DNA from: Planctomycetaceae bacterium
GTDB taxonomy: Bacteria > Planctomycetota > PLA2
DNA length: 64,000 nucleotides
Assembly (NCBI GenBank): GCA_011525755.1
Contig: WYBS01000193.1
Span: forward strand, 20,962-84,961
Direction: 5' to 3'
The notes under the pieces were generated by a model. The model saw nothing but the letters and a program-made list of their open reading frames with translations. It was not told the origin of the DNA and did not search any database. Below, one piece after another: positions 37,257 through 45,952 of this stretch. The position numbers and the translations under genes were made by a program. Numbering within the stretch: the stretch's first letter is position 1; every line of letters starts with the position of its first letter.

Positions 37257-38226
37257 GATCCGAGCCTCCGCCCCCACGCGCATCGACCTCGCCGGGGGCA
37301 CGATCGACATCTGGCCGCTCTGCCTCTCGCTCGACCGCCCCGCCGTGACCGTGAACCTCGCGATCGACCTCCGGGCGGAGGCGACGGTCACGGAGACGGA
37401 CGACGGCTTCCTCTCCGTTCGATCGGACGATCGGGGCGAGGAGGTCTCCCTCCCCGCGGGACGGATCACGCACGAGCGGCTCGGGATCGCCACGCGGCTC
37501 TCCGCCTACTACGGCGTCGGCAAAGGGCTCTCCGTCCGCCTCCTCTCCCGCGCGCCGCCCCACTCCGGGCTCGGGGGATCGAGCGCGCTCGCCGTGGCGC
37601 TCGCGGGCGCGCTCGGCAGGCTCCGCGACCGTCCGCTCGACCTGCGCGTGGTGCAGGACCTGGAGACGACGCTCTTGCGGACGCCGACCGGATACCAGGA
37701 CTACTACCCGGCGTGGAAGGGCGGCCTCAACGCGCTCACCGCCGTGCCGGGCGGCGTCGAGGTCGAGACGATCGCGCACGGCCCCTCGTTCCTCGCGCCG
37801 CACCTGCTCCTCGTGGACACCCGGATGGAGCACGCGAGCGGGCTCACGAACTGGGAGGCCGTGAAGCGGTTCTTCGATGGCGACAGGAACACCCGCGATG
37901 CGTTCCACCGGATCGCGGAGTGCGCGGCGCGGCTCCGCGACGCGGTGAAGGCGCGCGACCTCGAAGCGGTCGGCGCGGCGCTCCGCGACGAGTGGGACGC
38001 GCGACGTCGCCTCTCGCCGGCGGTCACGAACGCCCGACTCGACGCGCTCGCCGACGCCGCGCGCGGCGCCGGCGCCCTCGCGGCGAAGGTCTGCGGCGCC
38101 GGCGGCGGCGGCTGCATGGTGATCCTCGCGCCCGACGCGGCGGACGGCTCGCTCCGGGAGAGAATCGGGGAGGCCGGGGGGAACCCCCTCGTCTTCCGCC
38201 CCGACCCCCAAGGCCTCCGGTTCTGA
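37255..38226 (+). CDS. GHMP-family sugar/small-molecule kinase
   Basis: MIRASAPTRIDLAGGTIDIW (GHMP N-terminal motif); ATP-binding motif PPHSGLGGSSALAVALAGAL; C-terminal KVCGAGGGGCMVIL. Its ATG (37255-37257) overlaps the ATG of the divergent minus-strand amidotransferase (37254-37256). Confidence 0.82.
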   Translation: MIRASAPTRIDLAGGTIDIWPLCLSLDRPAVTVNLAIDLRAEATVTETDDGFLSVRSDDRGEEVSLPAGRITHERLGIATRLSAYYGVGKGLSVRLLSRAPPHSGLGGSSALAVALAGALGRLRDRPLDLRVVQDLETTLLRTPTGYQDYYPAWKGGLNALTAVPGGVEVETIAHGPSFLAPHLLLVDTRMEHASGLTNWEAVKRFFDGDRNTRDAFHRIAECAARLRDAVKARDLEAVGAALRDEWDARRRLSPAVTNARLDALADAARGAGALAAKVCGAGGGGCMVILAPDAADGSLRERIGEAGGNPLVFRPDPQGLRF

Positions 38227-38280
38227 TCGCGCCGCCTCCCTGACCTCGCGATCCGCGGCCTCCGGCGACCTGCGCGAAGC

Positions 38281-38910
38281 TCAGAAGTACGGCAGCGCGA
38301 GGAGGATCAGCCGGAGCGAGACGTTCGCGTAGAGGCCCGCGAGGATGTCGTCCGCCATCACCGCGATCCCGCCCGGCTTCTCCTCGATCGCCCGGATCGG
38401 CCACGGCTTCAGGATGTCGAAGATCCGGAACGCGAAGAACCCCCCCGCCACGCAGAGCCACGCGTGCTCCCGGAGCGGCATGCCGAGCATCGTCACGAGG
38501 TACCCCGCCACCTCGTCCCATACGAATGTACGGGGATCCTTCCCCTCGACGCGCTCGGCGAGGCTCGCCAGCGGCGCGCCGAGCACCGTCACGGCGCACG
38601 CGAAGGCGAGGATGATCTCCTGGTCGCGGCCCGGGTGGTCCATCGCGAACAGCGCGATGAGGACGCCCGCGACCGTGCCGAAGGTGCCCGGCCCGAAGGG
38701 GATGAGGCCGAGTCCGCCCACCGTCCAGAGGATCCGCGCGGGGATCGCGACGGCGCGCGGCAGGGGCTTCCTCCGCGGACCGGGCTTGCCGGGGGGCTTC
38801 GTCCCCTCGGTCGCGCGGCGCGCCGCCTCCCTCCACCCCTTGGGCGGGAGCGGCCGGCGCGGCGGGGTCCTGTCCCTCCCCCGCGCCCCCTCCCCTCCGC
38901 CGGGGCCCAC
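38281..38910 (-). CDS. pgpA: Phosphatidylglycerophosphatase A
   Basis: PgpA signatures FGPGTFGT, VWDEVAGY, FRIFDILKPWPI and GGIAVMADDI. The track start gives a ~60-aa Pro/Arg-rich N-terminal extension, so the real start may be internal. It lies immediately downstream of smc. Confidence 0.8.
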   Translation of the reverse strand: MGPGGGEGARGRDRTPPRRPLPPKGWREAARRATEGTKPPGKPGPRRKPLPRAVAIPARILWTVGGLGLIPFGPGTFGTVAGVLIALFAMDHPGRDQEIILAFACAVTVLGAPLASLAERVEGKDPRTFVWDEVAGYLVTMLGMPLREHAWLCVAGGFFAFRIFDILKPWPIRAIEEKPGGIAVMADDILAGLYANVSLRLILLALPYF

Positions 38911-38911
38911 C

Positions 38912-41900
38912 TCAGTTCAGGCCGACGACGCGGCCCGCCTCGATGTCCGCGAACCGGACCGCGACGTGGCGGCTTACGCCCGCCTCCGGCATCGTGACGC
39001 CGTAGAGCGTGTCCGCCGCCGTCATGGTCGATCGCGCGTGCGTGATGACGAGGAACTGCGCGCGGCGCGCGAACTCCTTGAGCATCTCGCACATGCGCAC
39101 GCTGTTGGCCTCGTCGAGCGCCGCGTCCACCTCGTCGAGGAGGCAGAACGGCGGCGGCTTGATCTGGTAGACGGAGAAGAGCAGCGCGACGGTCGCGAGC
39201 GACCGCTCGCCGCCCGACAGCAGCGAGATCGTGCGCAGCTCCTTGCCCGGCGGGCGGACGCGGATCTCGACTCCCGAGCCGAGGACGTCCTCGGGGTTCT
39301 CGAGGAAGAGATCCGCCTTCCCGCCGCCGAAGAGCTTCCGGAACGTGACCTGGAAGATCTCCTTCACCTTGTCGAACGTCTCGAGGAAGCGCTCCTTGCA
39401 GAGCGTGTCGATCTTCTCGATGGTCTCGCGGAGCTGCTTCTCGGCCGCGGCGAGGTCGCTCTCCTCGCGCCGGAGGAACGCGAGCTTCTCCTCGACCTGC
39501 TTCAGCTCATCGAGCGCCTCGTGGTTGACGTTGCCGAGCCGCTCGAGCTTCTCGCGCAGCTCGCGGATCTCCTGCTCGAGCTTCTCCGGGTCCGCGGCCG
39601 CCTCCTCCGCGCCCTGCTCGAGGGTGAGGAGCTCGAGGCCGTGATCGCGGCGCACCTCGTCGAGGAGCGTCTCGAGGCGCAGCTTCAGCTCCTGCTCCCG
39701 CATCCGGTGGCGCTCGAGCTCGCCGCGCCGCTCCTCGTGGAGGCGCTGGAGATCGCGGAGCCTCTCGCCGCCCTGCTGGAGCCCCTGCTGCAGCTCGCTC
39801 GCCGAGACGCGGAGCGCCTCGACGTCCTGGCCGAGGCGCGAAAGCGTCTTCTCGCGCTCCTTCGAGAGCCTCCGGAGCGCCTCCTGCTCGTCGAGGCACT
39901 CGGCGCGGCGAAGGGCGCACGACCGCGCCTCCTCGTCCGCTCCCCGCGCCTCCCGGCGCGCCGCCTCGACCGCGTCCTCGAGCGCCCGCACGCGCTGCGC
40001 CGTCGACGCGGCCTTCTCCTTGAAGCGGGCGAGGTCGACCTTGGCCTCCGTGAGCCTCTGCGCCGCCGCCTCGCGCTCGAGGGCGACGCCCCGGACGCGC
40101 TCGCGGAGCCCCTCGGCGCCCTTCTCCAGCTCCTCCCGCGCGCGCACGGCGCCCTCCAGCGCCGCGGCGGCGGCCTCGCGGCGCTTGCCCGCGTCCGCGA
40201 TCGCGACCTCGACGTCCTCCTGCTCCGCCTCCTCGAGCCCCATCTCCTGGGCACGGGCGGCCGCGGCCTCGGCGGCCTTCGCCGTCGCCTCGCTCGCCTC
40301 GCGAAGCTCCGCGCGCGCGTCGCGGAGGAGCGGCCGCAGCTCCTCGAACCTCGCCTCCCACTGCGCGCCGCGCGCGCGCGCCTCGGCGAGCCTTTTCGCG
40401 GCGGCCTCGCGCTCGCCCTCGGCGCGCGCGACCTCCTCCAGCACCTCCTTCAGCTCCGTGTTCCGGCGGACGAGCCCCTGCCCCGCGTCGCCGGTGCCCC
40501 CGACGATCGCGCCGCTGGGCTCGATCTCCTCGCCGGAGAGGACGACGACGCGCCAGCCGGAGCCGGTCTCGAGCGCCGCGTCGATCGACTCCGCGATCAC
40601 GGTGCGCGCGAGGAGCGCGCCCAGGAGCCCCTTCGCCGCGGTCTCGATCCCGTCGAAGCGGCTCGGGAGCGGCGCCTCGCGCACGCGGTCCAGGGGCAGG
40701 ATGCGGGCGCGGCCCCTTCCGCCCTCCTTGAGCCACCGGAGGCAGGCGATCGCCTGCTCCGTCGTGTCGACGACCACCGCGCCGGCGAGCTCGCCGAGCG
40801 CCTGGTCGAGCGCCGCGGCCGCCTCCCCGGCGTAGCCCGCGAGGTCGGCGACGGTCCCCCGGACCCCCTCCAACCCGCCTTCGAGGAGCGCGCGCGTGCC
40901 CGCCGAGAGCCCCTCGCCCTTCTCGACGAGGCCGCGCAGGAGGTCGCGCCTTGCGAGGAGGGCCGCGGCCTCGTTCGCGAGCCGCGAGGCGTCGGCCGCC
41001 GCCTCCTCCGCCTCGGCGCGCGAGCGCTTCGCCTCCTCCTCGGCGGTCGCCGAGCGGTCCTCGAGCGCGCGCAGGCGGTCCTCGACGCCCTTGAGCGCGA
41101 GCCCCCTCGCCTTCTGCGTCTCCTCGAGCGATCGCAGCTCCTTGCCCGCGTCCTCGACGCGGCGCTGCAGCCGCTCGTGACGCTGCGCGAGCGACTTCAG
41201 CTCCGCCTCGCACGACACGAGCGCGTTCCTCGCGGTCGTCTCCTTCGCGTAGGCCTCGGTGCGCTCGAGGTCGAGCACGTCGCGCTCGCGGCGCACGGCC
41301 TCCACGCGCGCCTCCGCCTCGGCGCAAAGCGCCTCCGCGGCGGCGAGCTCCCCGGCGCGGCGCGCCTCCTCGGCCGCGGCGCCCTCGTGCTCCGCGAAGG
41401 CGGACGCATGCTCCAGGGAGAGCTCCGCGCCCCGCTTCTCCGCCTCCGCGCGCGTCCGCTCCGCGCGGCCCGCGCGGTCCAGGAGATCGGCGGCCTCGCG
41501 CCCGCGCGCCGCCTCCTTCTCCTCCGACGCGCGCTGCTCGCCGACGAGCGAGGCCATCTCGGCCTCGCCCTTCGTCACGCGCTCGCGCAGGAGGTCGAGC
41601 TCCTTCCGGCGCTCCTCGGTCGACTGCATCGCCTCCGCGAGCGCCGTCCGCGCCGCCGATTCCGCCTCCTCGACCGCGCGCAGCTCCTCCTGCGCCGCCT
41701 CGCGGCGCCGGCGCAGCTCGCCATAGCGGGCCAGGGCGCCCGTGACGCGCTTCCGCTTGAGCTCGTCCGTGAGCTCCTGCCAGCGGCGCGCCTTGCTCGC
41801 CTGGATCTTCAGGCTCCGCTCGCGCGTCTCGTTCTCGGCGAGGATGTCCTTCAGCCGGGCGAGGTTCTCGGCGGTCTTCTCGAGCTTCCGCTCGGTCTCG

Positions 41901-42424
41901 ACGCGCCGCGCCCGGTACTTCGAGATGCCCGCCGCCTCCTCGAACACGCCCCGGCGCTCGACCGGGTCGGCGCGGAGGAGCCGGTCGATGTTGCCCTGCT
42001 CCATGACGCTCACGGAGCCCGGCCCGCCGCCCGAGTCCATCATCAGCTCGCGCACGTCGCGCAGGCGGACCGGGTTGCCGTTGAGGAGGTACTCGCTCTC
42101 GCCCGACCGGTAGAGGCGGCGCGTGACGACCACCTCCTCGTACTCGATCGCGAGCGTCTTCGCGCTGTTGTCGAAGACGAGCGAGACCTCCGCCACGCCG
42201 AGCCCCTTGCGCGAGCTCGTGCCCGAGAAGATGACGTCGCTCATCTCCTTGCCGCGGAGGCTCGTCGGCTTCTGCTCGCCGAGGACCCACTTGATCGCGT
42301 CGACGACGTTGCTCTTGCCGCAGCCGTTCGGGCCGACGATCGCGGTGATCCCTTCCTTGAACTCGAACTCCGTGCGGTCCGCAAAGCTCTTGAAGCCGTG
42401 CAGGATGAGTTTCTTGATGCGCAT
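38912..42424 (-). CDS. smc: Chromosome segregation protein SMC
   Basis: Start MRIKKLILHGFKSFADRTEFEFKEGITAIVGPNGCGKSNVVDAIKWVLGE (Walker A), followed by long coiled coils, a hinge, and C-terminal LSGGERSLATVALLFSVYQIKPPPFCLLDEVDAALD (signature/Walker B). ~1170 aa. Confidence 0.93.
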   Translation of the reverse strand: MRIKKLILHGFKSFADRTEFEFKEGITAIVGPNGCGKSNVVDAIKWVLGEQKPTSLRGKEMSDVIFSGTSSRKGLGVAEVSLVFDNSAKTLAIEYEEVVVTRRLYRSGESEYLLNGNPVRLRDVRELMMDSGGGPGSVSVMEQGNIDRLLRADPVERRGVFEEAAGISKYRARRVETERKLEKTAENLARLKDILAENETRERSLKIQASKARRWQELTDELKRKRVTGALARYGELRRRREAAQEELRAVEEAESAARTALAEAMQSTEERRKELDLLRERVTKGEAEMASLVGEQRASEEKEAARGREAADLLDRAGRAERTRAEAEKRGAELSLEHASAFAEHEGAAAEEARRAGELAAAEALCAEAEARVEAVRRERDVLDLERTEAYAKETTARNALVSCEAELKSLAQRHERLQRRVEDAGKELRSLEETQKARGLALKGVEDRLRALEDRSATAEEEAKRSRAEAEEAAADASRLANEAAALLARRDLLRGLVEKGEGLSAGTRALLEGGLEGVRGTVADLAGYAGEAAAALDQALGELAGAVVVDTTEQAIACLRWLKEGGRGRARILPLDRVREAPLPSRFDGIETAAKGLLGALLARTVIAESIDAALETGSGWRVVVLSGEEIEPSGAIVGGTGDAGQGLVRRNTELKEVLEEVARAEGEREAAAKRLAEARARGAQWEARFEELRPLLRDARAELREASEATAKAAEAAAARAQEMGLEEAEQEDVEVAIADAGKRREAAAAALEGAVRAREELEKGAEGLRERVRGVALEREAAAQRLTEAKVDLARFKEKAASTAQRVRALEDAVEAARREARGADEEARSCALRRAECLDEQEALRRLSKEREKTLSRLGQDVEALRVSASELQQGLQQGGERLRDLQRLHEERRGELERHRMREQELKLRLETLLDEVRRDHGLELLTLEQGAEEAAADPEKLEQEIRELREKLERLGNVNHEALDELKQVEEKLAFLRREESDLAAAEKQLRETIEKIDTLCKERFLETFDKVKEIFQVTFRKLFGGGKADLFLENPEDVLGSGVEIRVRPPGKELRTISLLSGGERSLATVALLFSVYQIKPPPFCLLDEVDAALDEANSVRMCEMLKEFARRAQFLVITHARSTMTAADTLYGVTMPEAGVSRHVAVRFADIEAGRVVGLN

Positions 42425-42452
42425 GAGGGCCTTCGGCGGCGGTTCCTTCCCT

Positions 42453-44414
42453 TTATAAATCGGCCCGCCCGGGGCGCACGGAGCGGTCCGGCCACGGGGC
42501 GAAACGGATCGCCCCGATGCGGGGGTCGCGCGCAAGCGCGCGAACGGCGTCGTAGAGCGCCTCCGGCGGGGGGGCCTGCTCCCGCGGGAAGCGGAGGACG
42601 AGCGTGCCCGTGAGGGGCTCGAAGAGCGGCTCCACGGCCGGGAACGCCGCCTCCCGCGGCAGGGCGAGGGGCTCGGCGTCGGGCTCCGCCTCCTTCCCGG
42701 CGAAGAAGCGGCTCGCCGCCTCGCCGTCCCGGTCGGGGGCCGCGAGCACCCGGAGCCGCACCGCGCGCCCCTCCTCGGCGACCCGCACGGCGGCGTACGA
42801 GCGCAGGCGTCCCGCGAGCCTCGCCGCCGCGGCCGGGTCGGCCTCGATGCGGTGCGCCAGCGCCCGGATCCCGACGAGGTGGACGAGATCCGCCCCCTGC
42901 GGGCCGACGAGCGGGCGCGCCCCCGCGGCGACGCGGTAGAGCGGCCCGGACGGGTCGGCCGAGAGCGCGCTCATGAAGCTGCGCTTCTGCCGCAGCGCCT
43001 TGACCGCGAGCGCGACCAGCGGCTCCAGTGCCTCGACCAGCTGCGCCTCGCCGTCGCCCATGAGCGCCGCCACGTTGACCGCGACCGCGCCCGCGACCGG
43101 CAGCGCGACCCCCTCCGAGGGGTCCGGCGCCGAGAGCCGGTACCAGGGGGTCACGAGGGCGGGCTCGCCCCGGTCGAGGACGAGCAGCAGGCGCCCGGTC
43201 TCGGCCGCCGCGGCGACAAGGGGGAGAAGGGTCCGGCGGGAGGAGGGGGCGAGCGCGCCCGACTCCGACGCGTGGACCACGAGATCCGGAAGTCCGTCGA
43301 GGCTCCCCGCCCGGAACCGCGCCCAGTGCTCCCGCACGAGGCTCTCGCCGAGCTGGAGCGCCCCCTCCTCCTCGGGCAGCGCCGGAAACGCGAGGGCGAG
43401 GCGGAACCGCCCGCCGCGCCGGTCGAGGGCGCGGAGCCCGCTGTGGCCGAGCAGGCGGCGCGCCGCGGCGGATGCGGCGCCGGGGGCCGCGGCCCACGGG
43501 CACCGGCCGGGGACGACGCCCGTGAGCGTGAGGTCGCGGGTGACGACCGGGGCCAGGGGCCCGACGTGCGCCGGCACGGCCTCCGCCCACGCCTCCGCGT
43601 CGTCCCGCGCCGGAAGCGGCGCGGCGGCGCCCACCCACTCGAACGGATTCGCCGCGTCGAGGATGTGGAGGCGTCCCTCGAGGTGCGCGTCCGCGACCTC
43701 CGCGCTGTAGATCTCCGAGAGCGCGTACTGCCCGAGGACGGCCTCCGCCACCGTGCGCTTCAGGTCCTGCGGGCCCAAGGCGCGCCACCCGCCCTCCTTG
43801 CCGCCGCGGAGGAGCCGGTCGATGTCGTAGCGCGGCAGCCCGACGAGCGCCTGCCGGCCGACGCGGTCGGGATACCCGCGCTCGAAGAGCTCCGCCTCGA
43901 CGAGCGCGCGGATGACCGACGTGGTGATCCGCGTCACGCCCCGTCCGAAGACCTTCGCCTCGACGCTCGCGGCGACCTTCGAGGCGACCTTCTCGTCGAG
44001 GTCCGCCTCGCGGACGAGCGCCTCCGCGATCCGCGCCTTCGACCAGGGCGAGACGCGCGCCTTGCCCGGGTTGCCGACCAAGGGTCCCCCCGGCCCCCCC
44101 CCATGCACGCTCACCTGCTCCCGCGCGCGCGCCCGCCGCTCGCGGTAGAGGATGTAGGCCTTCGCCATCTTCGCGTGGCCGGTCTCGATCAGGACCTTCT
44201 CGACCATGTCCTGGATCTCCTCGATCCCGGGCACGGTTCCCTTGAAGCGCTTCTCGAGGAAGAGGGTGACGACGCCCGCCAGCTCCTCGGCGAGGAAGCG
44301 GTCGTCGCGCCCCACGGCGCAGCCCGCCTTGTGGATGGCGTCGGCGATCTTCGTCTCGTCGAAGTCGACGAGGCGTCCATCGCGCTTCCGGACCCGCGTG
44401 ATGCGGCCGATCAC
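42453..44414 (-). CDS. Protein with an N-terminal ATP-cone domain (possibly two in tandem) and a ~480-aa C-terminal domain of unknown function (possibly a degenerate RNR-like protein)
   Basis: GTG start at 44414 overlapping the nrdR TGA (GTGA). ATP-cone 1 is MIGRITRVRKRDGRLVDFDETKIADAIHKAG...AKAYILYRE. A second ATP-cone-like stretch is VSPWSKARIAEALVREADLDEKVASKVAASVEAKVFGRGVTRITTSVIRALVEAELFERGY. The remainder is Ala/Leu/Arg-rich, with no Cys, no glycyl-radical motif and no recognisable catalytic domain. Confidence 0.55.
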   Translation of the reverse strand: MIGRITRVRKRDGRLVDFDETKIADAIHKAGCAVGRDDRFLAEELAGVVTLFLEKRFKGTVPGIEEIQDMVEKVLIETGHAKMAKAYILYRERRARAREQVSVHGGGPGGPLVGNPGKARVSPWSKARIAEALVREADLDEKVASKVAASVEAKVFGRGVTRITTSVIRALVEAELFERGYPDRVGRQALVGLPRYDIDRLLRGGKEGGWRALGPQDLKRTVAEAVLGQYALSEIYSAEVADAHLEGRLHILDAANPFEWVGAAAPLPARDDAEAWAEAVPAHVGPLAPVVTRDLTLTGVVPGRCPWAAAPGAASAAARRLLGHSGLRALDRRGGRFRLALAFPALPEEEGALQLGESLVREHWARFRAGSLDGLPDLVVHASESGALAPSSRRTLLPLVAAAAETGRLLLVLDRGEPALVTPWYRLSAPDPSEGVALPVAGAVAVNVAALMGDGEAQLVEALEPLVALAVKALRQKRSFMSALSADPSGPLYRVAAGARPLVGPQGADLVHLVGIRALAHRIEADPAAAARLAGRLRSYAAVRVAEEGRAVRLRVLAAPDRDGEAASRFFAGKEAEPDAEPLALPREAAFPAVEPLFEPLTGTLVLRFPREQAPPPEALYDAVRALARDPRIGAIRFAPWPDRSVRPGRADL

Positions 44415-44911
44415 TTCTTCTTTTTCGGCGGCGGCGGCGGCTCGGCGCCTCCGCGGCTCGACTCCTTGAGCATGGGCTGGATCTCTTCCACGAACTCTGC
44501 GACGTCCTTGAAGTCGCGGTAGACCGAGGCGAAGCGCACGTAGGCGACCGGATCGACCTTGCGCAGCTCGCGCATGACCTGCCGCCCGATGAACTTGCTC
44601 GGGACCTCCCGCTCGAACTGGTCCGTCACATGATGCTCGATACGGGAGACGATCTCTTCGAGGGTATCCATGCTCACGGGTCTTTTTTCGCACGCCTTCA
44701 GGAGGCCCATCAGGATCTTCCGGCGGTCGAAGGGCTCCCGCCGGCCGTCCTTCTTGACCACCCGGAGGGGGGACTCCTCGATCCGCTCGTAGCTCGTGTA
44801 GCGGCGGCTGCAGGAGAGGCACTCCCGGCGCCGGCGGATGGCGAATCCGTCGGCGCTGGCGCGCGAATCGACCACCCGGCTGTGGTCCGCCTTGCAGAAG
44901 GGGCACTTCAT
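44411..44911 (-). CDS. nrdR: Transcriptional repressor NrdR (Zn-ribbon plus ATP-cone)
   Basis: MKCPFCKADHSRVVDSR...CLSCSRRYTSYERIE (Zn ribbon), then the ATP-cone (VVKKDGRREPFDRRKILMGLLKACEKRPVS...VAYVRFASVYRDF). Unusual C-terminal tail GGAEPPPPPKKKK. The start is at the internal ATG (44911), not the track start 44968. Confidence 0.92.
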   Translation of the reverse strand: MKCPFCKADHSRVVDSRASADGFAIRRRRECLSCSRRYTSYERIEESPLRVVKKDGRREPFDRRKILMGLLKACEKRPVSMDTLEEIVSRIEHHVTDQFEREVPSKFIGRQVMRELRKVDPVAYVRFASVYRDFKDVAEFVEEIQPMLKESSRGGAEPPPPPKKKK

Positions 44912-45099
44912 GGCGTACCCCGCTCCCCCTCGCGGACACAGGATAAGGGCATCGCGGCACGCTAGCACGCTACCCGTTGTGCGTCAATCCGAGGGGGCCA
45001 CGGGGGCAGCGCCTCCTTGACGCCGCTTCCTCCCGCTCGCATACTGAGCCCACTTCACGGTGGCAGCAGGGCGGGCCCGGGCGGCTCGGAGTAGCCTCG

Positions 45100-45858
45100 T
45101 TGGCGCAGATCGCGATTATCTCGGACATCCACGCGAACCTCGAGGCTCTTGAGGTCGTCCTCGCGGACATCAGGAAGCGGATGATCAAGGACGTCGTCTG
45201 CCTCGGCGACATCATCGGGTACGGCCCGAATCCGCGGGAGTGCCTCCGGCTCCTCATGGACTGCAAGATGGTCCTCATGGGAAACCACGAGGAGGCGGTC
45301 CTCTACTACGGCGAGGACTTCAACCCGAAGGCGCGCGAGGCGATCGACTGGACGCGCGACCAGCTGAACCGCTCCGACCGGCCGAAGGAGGAGAACTACG
45401 ACCTCTGGAACTTCCTCGGCGTGATGGAGCAGATCATCGAGACCGAGGACGCCATGTTCGTCCACGCGTCCCCGCGCGACCCGACGAAGGAGTACGTGAC
45501 GCCGGACGACTGCAAGAAGAACCGCGAGAAGCTCCAGGAGATCTTCTCCCGTTTCCAGCGGGTCTGCTTCATCGGCCACTCGCACATCCCGGGCGTCTAC
45601 ACGCAGGAACTGCGCTACATCGACCCGAAGACGATCGGGCAGGAGTACACGCTCGAGGACGGCCGGAAGGCGCTGATCAACGTCGGCGCGGTCGGCCAGC
45701 CCCGCGACGGCGACCCGCGCGCCTCCTACGTCACGTACGACGGGAAGCGGATCCGCTTCCACCGTCTCGACTACGACTTCAAGAAGACGATGGAGAAGAT
45801 CTACGCGGAGGAGCGGCTCCCGAACTACCTCGCGGACCGCCTCGCCGTCGGAAGGTAG
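45100..45858 (+). CDS. Calcineurin-like metallophosphoesterase
   Basis: Putative TTG start giving MAQIAIISDIHANLEAL (motif I DxH); GDIIGYGPNP (GDxxDRG-like); GNHE; GHSHIPGV. The track start 44977 would add a 41-aa extension into the nrdR upstream region. Confidence 0.8.
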   Translation: MAQIAIISDIHANLEALEVVLADIRKRMIKDVVCLGDIIGYGPNPRECLRLLMDCKMVLMGNHEEAVLYYGEDFNPKAREAIDWTRDQLNRSDRPKEENYDLWNFLGVMEQIIETEDAMFVHASPRDPTKEYVTPDDCKKNREKLQEIFSRFQRVCFIGHSHIPGVYTQELRYIDPKTIGQEYTLEDGRKALINVGAVGQPRDGDPRASYVTYDGKRIRFHRLDYDFKKTMEKIYAEERLPNYLADRLAVGR

Positions 45859-45952
45859 GGCGGCGCGCCCCCCGACGCCCCCCCGCCCCCCCCGGATCCC
45901 CGCCCGCGCGGGGCCGATTCCCGCCCCCTTCGGTTAGTCTTTTCCCTTTCCC

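Noticed and set aside
38345-42613. 1422-aa plus ORF antisense to smc; similarly 45779-49123 (minus, 1114 aa) opposite yidC; 50864-54331 and 54475-57846 (plus) opposite the pilus genes; 30496-33948 (plus) opposite prkA/yeaH; 58276-60756 upstream part
   Set aside because: These are shadow ORFs. The opposite strands encode SMC, YidC, PilB/PilC/kinase and PrkA with diagnostic motifs, and the shadow translations are low-complexity.
42453-44414. Possibility that the ATP-cone ORF's long C-terminal half is a GC-rich frame artefact
   Set aside because: Not fully rejected. The N-terminal ATP-cone motifs are genuine, the GTGA coupling to nrdR is clean, and the C-terminal translation contains Trp/Tyr/Phe/Lys/Met at protein-like frequencies, unlike the Arg/Gly/Pro shadow frames. 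I therefore kept it as a CDS, with reduced confidence and flagged for checking.
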